The position numbers and the translations under genes are program-made. Positions 26,728-35,173 of a stretch of 64,000 nucleotides of DNA are shown piece after piece (the stretch's first letter is position 1; each line of letters opens with the position of its first letter). Below the pieces are notes generated by a model that was given only the letters and a program-made list of their open reading frames with translations, searched no databases and was not told the origin of the DNA. The stretch is from Methyloglobulus sp. (GTDB taxonomy: Bacteria; Pseudomonadota; Gammaproteobacteria; Methylococcales; Methylomonadaceae), in assembly GCA_013141505.1 (NCBI GenBank), contig JABFQX010000011.1, positions 3,631-67,630 of the forward strand. The letters are read 5' to 3'.

Positions 26728-28293
26728 ATGAACTATTTAAAGGTACCAAAAAACGTCTTGAGTGTTATTGGCTTGCCGTTTCTGCTAGTAGGCTGCAGCC
26801 TGAACCCTCAGAATGCGGACATCGGATTGAATGAGACACTACCGGAAGCAAAAGTGACCATCTACCAGCAAGCCATCGACCAATTAGGGTTGATGACAGC
26901 GGTATACGGATCTGCGCCGCTTAAGATTATGACCAAAGACATACTGGATAATACTGGTACGTCGGTAGCCACCAATGCAGAAATACCCCGTGACATCACC
27001 GAAATGGTGAAAAGCACCTTAAACGGTATTGGCGGCAATGTTTTGTATATCCCTTACGAACCCCTGTTTATGCAGAATACGGCAGGTACGGGTTATTCCG
27101 ATTATGGTGACAAGATTTTGCCGCAAATTATCCTATCAGGGGGCATTACCGAATTTGACCGGGGTTTGGTCACGGATGGTGATTCCCTGGATTTGGATTT
27201 TGAAATAGGCAAGGAATACGGTATTAATTTTGCTGACCAGGTTAAGGCATCGTTATCAAGTGTAACTCTGGACTTCAATTTAATTGATTTCAAAACCTTT
27301 ACCGGAATCCCACGGATACAAGCAATCAACGGGATCAAACTCCATAAAGCTGTTCGGGAAGATAGTATAGGGTTTACCGTTAAAAGCGCTACGTTCGGCT
27401 CTAGGGGTGAAATCAAGAAGGTACAGGGTCGCCATGCGGCAGTGCGCTTACTGGTGCAGCTGAGTATGTTGCAATTGATAGGCCGTTACGAAAAAATCCC
27501 TTATTGGCGGTTAATTCCGGGAGCGGCTCGGGATGAGGTAGTGATTGATCAAGTGTTGGCTGATTACTACGCAATGAGCCAAAAACAACAGATACAAAAT
27601 ACCCAAGCACTTTTATATCTGCATGGTTACAGCGTTGTACCTAGCGGCAGAATGGATACCAATACCCAACTTGCATTGCAAGGCTTTGCAAAAACCCAGA
27701 ATATGAACGCGGAAGTCTTGGATCAAAATTTATATCTGGCACTTTATGAGAATGTGCCTATCAATGCCGCGACAAGACAACGGCGGAGCAGTTTAGAGAG
27801 TGGAATTGTTAATGTGGTTAACCAAGGCAATTTGATCTCAGGCCGTAAACCAGCCGCGAAGAAGTCAAGAGAACGGGCACAACGTGCCGAAACAACGGCG
27901 CAAACGTTGGTTGATTCAGGCCAATTAACCTTGGCGACCAATAAATCCGAATATCGGATTGGCGAAAAGTTAAACGTACATTTTTCGGTCAATAAGCCAA
28001 TGTATGTGCGGGTTGCTTTAATTAACTCTCAAGGGAAAGTCGATACTGTTTTTCCGAATGTGTATCAAAGCAATAATTATTGTGTGCCAGGTAAAAAATA
28101 CAGCATCCCGGCAGTCGGGGCTGATTTTTCCCTGGATATTAGCGGCCCTGTAGGCATCGATAAATTAAGGGCAGTAGCAAGCGAAAAACCCGTGCCTGCT
28201 GAAGCCCTGTTTTTTACCAAAGAAGGTCAGTTTGATGCCAGCCGAATGGCGAGTTACAAAGTCAGGGCTGCAGCTGATTATGTCATTCGTTGA
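26728..28293 (+). CDS. Lipoprotein: CsgG/HfaB-like domain + peptidoglycan-binding domain + DUF4384
   Basis: Lipobox LLVGC; IILSGGITEFD and SSVTLDFNLID resemble CsgG-family strands; LYLHGY..PSGRMDTNTQLALQGF is PG-binding-like; YRIGEKLNVHFSVNKPMYV...TVFPN...GPVGIDKL is DUF4384-like. Confidence 0.65.
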   Translation: MNYLKVPKNVLSVIGLPFLLVGCSLNPQNADIGLNETLPEAKVTIYQQAIDQLGLMTAVYGSAPLKIMTKDILDNTGTSVATNAEIPRDITEMVKSTLNGIGGNVLYIPYEPLFMQNTAGTGYSDYGDKILPQIILSGGITEFDRGLVTDGDSLDLDFEIGKEYGINFADQVKASLSSVTLDFNLIDFKTFTGIPRIQAINGIKLHKAVREDSIGFTVKSATFGSRGEIKKVQGRHAAVRLLVQLSMLQLIGRYEKIPYWRLIPGAARDEVVIDQVLADYYAMSQKQQIQNTQALLYLHGYSVVPSGRMDTNTQLALQGFAKTQNMNAEVLDQNLYLALYENVPINAATRQRRSSLESGIVNVVNQGNLISGRKPAAKKSRERAQRAETTAQTLVDSGQLTLATNKSEYRIGEKLNVHFSVNKPMYVRVALINSQGKVDTVFPNVYQSNNYCVPGKKYSIPAVGADFSLDISGPVGIDKLRAVASEKPVPAEALFFTKEGQFDASRMASYKVRAAADYVIR

Positions 28294-28310
28294 AAATGGA
28301 GGATTGAGAT

Positions 28311-28616
28311 ATGAAACCGATAATTGTATTGATTATGTCTAGTGGAATAATGTTGCAGGCGTGTGAGCAAGCACCCGTGCGACGCACAGAAATGCTGGCA
28401 GAACATTCAGGCTGGGGAAATGAAGCCGCCCAGTTGATCAAAGCAGGCTATTTGACGCAAGGGATGGATCAGGAACAAGTTGAAGCCGCATGGGGCAAAC
28501 CTTGCTGGAGTTGCACAGGCACTACACAAGGCGACTGGGGCGCAGCATGGCAATATGCGACACAAACGGTATTTTTCGATAAAGATGGCAAAGTAACCCG
28601 ATGGGAAGCCAATTAA
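28311..28616 (+). CDS. Small lipoprotein, SmpA/BamE-like fold
   Basis: Lipobox LQAC; GMDQEQVEAAWGKP...WQY...VFFDKDGKV. Confidence 0.6.
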   Translation: MKPIIVLIMSSGIMLQACEQAPVRRTEMLAEHSGWGNEAAQLIKAGYLTQGMDQEQVEAAWGKPCWSCTGTTQGDWGAAWQYATQTVFFDKDGKVTRWEAN

Positions 28617-28667
28617 AATTAAAGGTTAATGTTTCCTAAACACAGCTAAAAATATGAGGATAAGGCA

Positions 28668-29246
28668 ATGAAATTAAATAGATTATTGGCAATGGGTGGC
28701 AGCATTTTATTAATTGTCCTACAAAGTGCTTTGGCTACAGCAGAACAAGTCGAGCTATATGAACGACCACCCAGTGCAGCAGAATTGGGACAAGTCCTGT
28801 TCGGCCATCAGGCCAAAGAAAGCGGCAACGTAACTACCCGTTCGATCAATATCAACCCCAAGTCTAAAAGCCCCATTGCAACCGCGCAACGTGTCGAAGC
28901 GGAACGGAAAAGCGTCGGCTTGCCGATTGAATTCGCCTACAACTCTACCCAGATATTGCCGGACTCCAAGCCATTCCTGGATGAAGTCGGCAAGATGCTG
29001 AATATGCCCGAATATGCCATTAATAGGCTGATTATTGAAGGCCACACCGATGCGGCTGGCTCCGATGCCTACAATTTGGCCTTGTCAAAACGTCGTGCCC
29101 GTGCGGTCAGCGACTATTTGGTGGAGAACTTTAGAATTCCCCGTACCCGCTTGCAAAGCCAGGGCTTAGGGGAAACCAAGCCCATTGCAGGTCGCGATTC
29201 TTACGACGAAGTCAATCGCCGGGTACAGTTTTACAGCGCTAACTGA
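28668..29246 (+). CDS. OmpA-family peptidoglycan-binding periplasmic protein
   Basis: IEFAYNS, LIIEGHTDAAGSDAYNLALSKRRARAV, GLGETKP, NRRVQF. Confidence 0.9.
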   Translation: MKLNRLLAMGGSILLIVLQSALATAEQVELYERPPSAAELGQVLFGHQAKESGNVTTRSININPKSKSPIATAQRVEAERKSVGLPIEFAYNSTQILPDSKPFLDEVGKMLNMPEYAINRLIIEGHTDAAGSDAYNLALSKRRARAVSDYLVENFRIPRTRLQSQGLGETKPIAGRDSYDEVNRRVQFYSAN

Positions 29247-29286
29247 ACGTAATTTGAAGTACTGTTTTTTTAAACGGAGGTGGCAA

Positions 29287-30027
29287 ATGAATAGCATAAT
29301 TAACCTGCGATTCATAAGACAAGTCAACGCGGTGCTGTTTTTGACTGCAACCGTCATCCATTCGGCCTGGGCGGGTCAAGTCGTCACCGGCAAGATAATC
29401 ATCGACGGTGTAATCGTTGGCGATGGCAATAATCAGGTCGTCAATGGGTCAGCCATAATGGCTCACGAAAAACGCCAAGTTGGAGCGTTTGATCGCGTGA
29501 TAACCGAAGGCAGTATTGATATTCGCTATCAGCAAAGTGCAGTCACGAATGTAGAAATTTCGGGTGACCAAACTATATTGCCGCTTATCAAGATTGAAGC
29601 CAATGCGGGATTATTAAGGATCAGTTCGACTGAAAGTTACCAAAGCCGATTACCTATTGTTGTTACTATGAGTGCGCCGCATATCAAACAACTGACGATG
29701 AACGGCGCGGGCGATGCTGAACTTAACGATCTTGACGAGGATGAATTTAAGCTGGAACTCAACGGCAGCGGCAATGTAGTCGCAAATGGCAGGGCAGGTG
29801 AGGTAATCGTCAAGATTGATGGCTCCGGTGACGTAAACGCAAAAAACCTGATTAGCCAGAAGGCAGATGTCAGTATTAATGGCTCTGGAAACCTGGCACT
29901 TACCACAAGCCAATATCTAAAAACCAATCTGGTAGGAAGTGGCGATGTCACTTACTACGGACATCCCAAACAGGTAGAGAAACAAATGAATGGTAGCGGT
30001 GAAATTAAGTCAGGGGACGCATTGTGA
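29287..30027 (+). CDS. Exported GIN/DUF2807 beta-helix (adhesin head-like) protein
   Basis: RBS ggagg + ATG 29287; repeats of NGAGD / NGSGN / DGSGD / VGSGDVTYYGHP. Confidence 0.8.
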   Translation: MNSIINLRFIRQVNAVLFLTATVIHSAWAGQVVTGKIIIDGVIVGDGNNQVVNGSAIMAHEKRQVGAFDRVITEGSIDIRYQQSAVTNVEISGDQTILPLIKIEANAGLLRISSTESYQSRLPIVVTMSAPHIKQLTMNGAGDAELNDLDEDEFKLELNGSGNVVANGRAGEVIVKIDGSGDVNAKNLISQKADVSINGSGNLALTTSQYLKTNLVGSGDVTYYGHPKQVEKQMNGSGEIKSGDAL

Positions 30028-30368
30028 GCCATTTTAGCGTTAAGGAAGCACTTGTTTTGGTCTGTTTTTTTGGGATTTTTGCTTTGAAAAGTCAGGCTGA
30101 TGGGGAGTTATTGCCGACGAATATCACTATTTCTAAACACGATAAAACGCCGCTTGCCGTTAACCAGAAACCTTGGATTGAGTTGCACGGAAGCGTAAAC
30201 GGAAAACCTGTTTACTTGATGGTCGAAAAAACCGATGACCAGCATATTGCCGGGTATTTGTTCGATGCAAGCGGTAATAAGCACTATGTTTACGGAGAAT
30301 GGTTTAATAACCAATTACAGGTTTATGATCAAGCCAACAAGAGGCTAACCGTCCTTTTATACGAATGA
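30024..30368 (+). CDS. Exported hypothetical protein
   Basis: Signal-peptide-like N terminus; GTG overlaps the stop of the upstream gene. Confidence 0.6.
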   Translation: MSHFSVKEALVLVCFFGIFALKSQADGELLPTNITISKHDKTPLAVNQKPWIELHGSVNGKPVYLMVEKTDDQHIAGYLFDASGNKHYVYGEWFNNQLQVYDQANKRLTVLLYE

Positions 30369-30546
30369 TTGAGGTGTTTCTGCTGGAACCCCTCAAAAGT
30401 TAATATTAGCTGAAAAATTTATAATATACCTAGCAAATACAAAATGTTAGGATTAGTAAGTCATTAGTAGCCAGACAAGTATAGGCTTTTCAAGAACAGA
30501 TTCACATATAAAGCGCTTTACATCAGATTAATTAAAAGAGGCCATC

Positions 30547-33500
30547 ATGCATACCATTGTCAATTTTCAATTGTTAATCCGCGCGGCAGTCGTGGCTTTT
30601 GTTTTAGGCTTCGCAACGATTGCCGCTAGTGAACCTCAAGTCCTCGATGATCCGCAGCAATTAGACAGCCCGGATAAATGGCGGCAGCTCTTGCTCAAAG
30701 ATTCGTCAGTTAATAGTGCCCAGACGAGAAGTATCGGAATTGGAATTGGAGGCAGCGCAACTGCGATGCCGTCACCCGTTATCGACCTGCGTATTTTGTT
30801 TGCCCTGAATTCCAGCGATATAGAGGCACGTTGGCATGATGCCTTGCAAGCCCTATCTACCTTATTGCAGCAAGAACCGAATTTGGCATTGTTGATTGAA
30901 GGGCATACTGATGCTTACGGTAGTCAGGCAACCAATGAGCGTCTGTCCAGCGAACGGGCTATCGCGGTGAAATATTTTCTTGCCGGGAAAGATGCGGCGA
31001 CCAGTCCCCGGCTATCTGCAGTCGGACGCGGCGCTAATGCACCACTTTATGCTGATCGTTTTGACCCCAGAAATCGCAGGGTAAGTTTTAGCGTGGTAAC
31101 GGCAAATGCGGCTGATAGCCAAACTGATTCAAGTGATAGCGCAAAACCCCAACTATCAACACCGCCCAATGCATTGCCTGAATTGCCTGTCCCCCCAGCA
31201 CCCAGCCCAAAAAATAAAATGAGTGCAGAGGATGTACAAGCCTTATTAAAACAGCTTCAGGGCGGCCTAAAAAAAGGCAAAGATATAAAATCACTCAGTA
31301 CGCAATTAGCTAAGCAATTAAAGCAACAACAGGAGACATTTGCAGTCATTGGGCAACAAGCCGCCCGTGTTATGGAAGATCTTGCGCTGTTGCGGCGGGC
31401 AGCTACAGACGATGAGGCGCTGCGGATTGCCGAAGATTTGCTGGAAAACAAGCGAAAGGCATTAGGGACTCAGCACAGAGAGGTACAAGATTTTTTGCTA
31501 TCCCTTGCTGGCGTATACATGCAGCGTGGCAATGCCGATAAGTTGTTAGCGTTATACCAGCGCAATTATGAAATACTTCGTCAAATTCTGGGTTCTGACA
31601 AACAGGAAACGCTCAAGGCACTATTAGACCTGGCGCAATGTAACATTGTTATGGTGTCTAAACTCAAAGTTGACCGCGAGGCGTTCGGTAAAGCACAGCT
31701 CTATCAAGCAACAAATGCGTACGAAAAGTTTTCGGATTCGGCTAAACGTGAGGATATTGCAACTAATGTTTACGGTTCTCTTATCTATGAGATTGCCATG
31801 ACATATAAGCGGATAGGTGATTACCCGACCTCTCGCTATTATTTTGCAAAATTGTTATCGCTTGTTGAGTCTGCCAAAGGTGTCGATGCCATTGAAACCA
31901 AGGGCGCTGAATCCCTGTTAGCGGATGCATATGCCTTGATTCCCGCTGAAGCCATCAGTAAAGCAATTCCACTGTATCAGAATAAGTTGTCTGAATTCGA
32001 TGAGCGGATTGCCGCCGCTAAGGTAAGTAACACTAATTTAAATGGTGAGCAATCGTTGCTGCCCGTTAAAATGGAACGAGCCATGCTTTTAGGTAAAATG
32101 GCTGGTGTCTACGCGAAAGATCAACAATATGCTAAGGCTCTGGATTTTTACCGCAAGGCTTTGACAGGAGATATTCCGCTTTCATTGATGCAATCTGATC
32201 AACAGTTTCTTATCTCGGCTGCGATAATGCCAAAGGGAACGGAATCTGTTATGAGCATGTCAGTGGTCAAAGATGCCGCTTTGTCATTTATTGCCAAACA
32301 TTTCTCGAAAGATGAAACTGCAGTCCGCTTTGCTTATGAATTGGTCCTTAAAGACAAAGGATCGGTACTTGAAAAAGAACGTGTGAGCCACTTGGACGGC
32401 GAAGGCAAGCCGGCACTTGGGCAAAAGTATGCAAATGACACGGGCGGCGATCATTCTATTGAGAGTCAATTAAAAATGGTGGACAAGCAAATTAAGCAAT
32501 TGATGCCCGTAACTATAAGTAAAGGAGAGACACAGGTAATAACGATAGAAAATGTCGCCAAGGCACTGCCCAAAGACAGTGTTTTCGTAGACTTCGTCAC
32601 ATTAAACAACCTTGATGAATTAAGCAGCCATTACAAAAAGCATAATCCTTTTACCGGCAAGGATCGTGGAGTGCGGTTTGATGCCTACTATTTGGTATTT
32701 GTTCTAACTTCCGGCAATCAAATCACGCTGACCGACCTGGGCTATGGGGTACAGTTAAACGCTAAAATCGAAAAGATGATGACGGCTATTACCGATCCGA
32801 AGGCGCAGCAAGATCCTGCATCAGAAAATACCATCAAGACATTGTTGGCAGAAATTTATAGTCTTGTCCTTAAGCCACTGGAATCCAGGTTTGCTCCCGA
32901 CAAAAACTTGATCATCAGTCCTGATGGTGACCTTAATAGGCTGCCTTTTGCGGCGATGATAACCGGTGAAGGAAACTATCTGATCGAAAAACACAAGTTA
33001 AATTATGTTTCCAGTGCCAGGGATCTATTGCACACATCTTCGGCCAAGCCGCCAGCGCTTGAGTTGGCGCTCCTTGCCGCACCCGCCTATGACGAAAAGC
33101 TGCAACAAACCGGGGGCGGGAATTATTCTGCGGTACGGGCGCGGGATTTTTCCAAGATGTTTCAGCCACTTCCCGGAACACTCAATGAGATGCAAGATAT
33201 TCCGCCGCTTGTAAAAGGTAAGCAGCTGGTTTTGCAGGGTTCAGAGGCGACGGAGTCGGCTTTACGCCAATTGAATTCGCCCCGTATATTGCATTTGGCA
33301 ACCCACGGTTTCTTCTTGAGCGATGAGATTGCCCGTGGAATAGGTTTGGACAATGATCCGGCATTATTTGCCTTGTCAGGGTTAGATCAAACCGTAGCAC
33401 GTGCGCGAGCCAAGCATTCAGCAGCCGAATTTAGCCCCATGGTGCGATCCGGTTTAGCGTTCGCTGGCGCGAACCATGCCAAAGAGGTCTCATCCGGAGA

Positions 33501-33882
33501 TGACGGAATTCTTACAGCATTAGAAGCTTCTGAGCTCAACCTCCAAGGAACTGATTTGGTGGTTTTGTCGGCATGCGAAACGGGTGTTGGTTTAGCTCGA
33601 ATGGGAGAAGGCATTTACGGTTTAAGACGGGCGTTTGTGTTGGCAGGGGCAAAAAATCTGGTCATGAGTCTTTGGGTAGTCGAAGATGACATTACTGCCG
33701 CGCAAATGCGCGAGTTTTACCGCCATTATGCGTCGGGTGAGTTGCCTGCCGATGCACTAAGAGTCGCGCAATTACAAACTATTGCGAAACTGCGTGAAAA
33801 AGCGGGCGGAGTGGCTGACGATTCCTTTATGCCAAGCGTCAGGCGTTGGGCACCCTTTATTGCACAAACATCGGTGTTTTAG
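30547..33882 (+). CDS. Exported OmpA-like + TPR-like + CHAT (caspase-HetF) protease
   Basis: Signal peptide; LIEGHTDAYGSQATNERLSSERAIAVK...NRRVSF; helical repeats; CHAT motifs IISPDGDLNRLPF, LPGTLNE, ILHLATHGF (His) and VVLSACETG (Cys), WAPF. Confidence 0.85.
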   Translation: MHTIVNFQLLIRAAVVAFVLGFATIAASEPQVLDDPQQLDSPDKWRQLLLKDSSVNSAQTRSIGIGIGGSATAMPSPVIDLRILFALNSSDIEARWHDALQALSTLLQQEPNLALLIEGHTDAYGSQATNERLSSERAIAVKYFLAGKDAATSPRLSAVGRGANAPLYADRFDPRNRRVSFSVVTANAADSQTDSSDSAKPQLSTPPNALPELPVPPAPSPKNKMSAEDVQALLKQLQGGLKKGKDIKSLSTQLAKQLKQQQETFAVIGQQAARVMEDLALLRRAATDDEALRIAEDLLENKRKALGTQHREVQDFLLSLAGVYMQRGNADKLLALYQRNYEILRQILGSDKQETLKALLDLAQCNIVMVSKLKVDREAFGKAQLYQATNAYEKFSDSAKREDIATNVYGSLIYEIAMTYKRIGDYPTSRYYFAKLLSLVESAKGVDAIETKGAESLLADAYALIPAEAISKAIPLYQNKLSEFDERIAAAKVSNTNLNGEQSLLPVKMERAMLLGKMAGVYAKDQQYAKALDFYRKALTGDIPLSLMQSDQQFLISAAIMPKGTESVMSMSVVKDAALSFIAKHFSKDETAVRFAYELVLKDKGSVLEKERVSHLDGEGKPALGQKYANDTGGDHSIESQLKMVDKQIKQLMPVTISKGETQVITIENVAKALPKDSVFVDFVTLNNLDELSSHYKKHNPFTGKDRGVRFDAYYLVFVLTSGNQITLTDLGYGVQLNAKIEKMMTAITDPKAQQDPASENTIKTLLAEIYSLVLKPLESRFAPDKNLIISPDGDLNRLPFAAMITGEGNYLIEKHKLNYVSSARDLLHTSSAKPPALELALLAAPAYDEKLQQTGGGNYSAVRARDFSKMFQPLPGTLNEMQDIPPLVKGKQLVLQGSEATESALRQLNSPRILHLATHGFFLSDEIARGIGLDNDPALFALSGLDQTVARARAKHSAAEFSPMVRSGLAFAGANHAKEVSSGDDGILTALEASELNLQGTDLVVLSACETGVGLARMGEGIYGLRRAFVLAGAKNLVMSLWVVEDDITAAQMREFYRHYASGELPADALRVAQLQTIAKLREKAGGVADDSFMPSVRRWAPFIAQTSVF

Positions 33883-33967
33883 ATGTTATGGGGTAAGCCG
33901 CGCTTTAAATTATTAATGACCAAAACGCCATAATCCCGTAAAATTTACTTTAATTTGTAATTTCAAT

Positions 33968-34000
33968 AACGGGATGTAGCCGTCAGGTTCATCCCGTTTT
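33968..34000 (+). promoter_or_regulatory. Hairpin + T-tract in the carA leader (terminator or attenuator candidate)
   Basis: aacgggatg...catcccgtt followed by tt, about 11 nt before the carA start; candidate atgacc-N17-taaaat promoter at 33916-33944. Confidence 0.4.
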
Positions 34001-34011
34001 GCACATTTAAG

Positions 34012-35154
34012 GTGACGTGTTTGGCTAAGTCCGCAGTATTGGTATTAGAAGATGGCACAGTATTCAATGGGATAGCGATAGGTGCTGAGGGCTATTCTGT
34101 AGGGGAAGTCGTGTTCAATACGGCGATGACGGGTTATCAAGAAATTCTCAGTGACCCTTCTTACGCCCAGCAGATTGTGACATTGACCTATCCACATGTA
34201 GGCAATGTGGGTACGACCAGCGAAGACGATGAGTCAGAAAAAGTATTTGCCAGCGGCTTGGTTATCCGAGATTTGCCTTTATTGGCAAGCAACTGGCGCA
34301 ACGAAAAAACTTTAGGGCAATATTTGCTGGATAATCAAGTTGTCGCGATTGCCGACATTGATACCCGCAAATTGACCCGCTTGCTACGCGATAAAGGCGC
34401 ACAACGCGGATGTATTGCGGCTGGCGAAACTGTTGATGTCGAAAAAGCCAAACTTATGATTGAGGGTTTTCCTGGCTTGAAGGGTATGGATTTGGCGAAA
34501 GTGGTCACTACCGATAAGCCTTATGAATGGACGGAAAATACCTGGGATTTACAAGAAGGCCATACCCAAGGTAAAAATTTGACCAAGCATGTTGTCGCGT
34601 ATGATTTCGGCATTAAGCGCAACATATTAAGGTTGTTGGTCAATCGTGGTTGCAAAGTGACGGTAGTGCCCGCACAAACGCCAGCCGATCAAGTTTTGGC
34701 GATGAATCCCGACGGTGTTTTTTTATCGAATGGCCCTGGCGATCCCGAGCCTTGCACCTACGCAACTGAGGCGATTAAAACGATCTTAACCACGAAGATT
34801 CCGGTGTTTGGTATTTGTTTAGGCCATCAACTATTGGCGTTGGCGAGCGGGGCTAAAACGGAGAAAATGAAGTTCGGTCATCATGGCGCTAATCATCCGG
34901 TTCAGCATAAAGCCAGTGGCCGCGTGCTAATTAGCAGTCAAAATCATGGTTTTGCGGTTGATGCAGCCAGCCTTCCTGCGAATGTCGAAGCGACCTATCA
35001 TTCCTTATTTGACGGCAGTTTGCAGGGGATTAAACGGACGGACTGTCCGGCATTCAGTTTCCAAGGTCATCCTGAAGCAAGCCCTGGGCCGCACGATGTC
35101 GAAGGTTTGTTCGATGAATTCGTCGACATGATGAACCAGGCCAGCAAAAACTAA
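34012..35154 (+). CDS. carA: Carbamoyl-phosphate synthase small subunit
   Basis: [43 protein letters not shown]. Confidence 0.99.
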   Translation: MTCLAKSAVLVLEDGTVFNGIAIGAEGYSVGEVVFNTAMTGYQEILSDPSYAQQIVTLTYPHVGNVGTTSEDDESEKVFASGLVIRDLPLLASNWRNEKTLGQYLLDNQVVAIADIDTRKLTRLLRDKGAQRGCIAAGETVDVEKAKLMIEGFPGLKGMDLAKVVTTDKPYEWTENTWDLQEGHTQGKNLTKHVVAYDFGIKRNILRLLVNRGCKVTVVPAQTPADQVLAMNPDGVFLSNGPGDPEPCTYATEAIKTILTTKIPVFGICLGHQLLALASGAKTEKMKFGHHGANHPVQHKASGRVLISSQNHGFAVDAASLPANVEATYHSLFDGSLQGIKRTDCPAFSFQGHPEASPGPHDVEGLFDEFVDMMNQASKN

Positions 35155-35173
35155 TTAATGATTTGTAACTAAA

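Noticed and set aside
30547-33882. CHAT protease as part of a type III-E CRISPR (Craspase) system
   Set aside because: No cas7-11, csx30/31 or CRISPR array in the window, and the protein has a signal peptide and OmpA domain.
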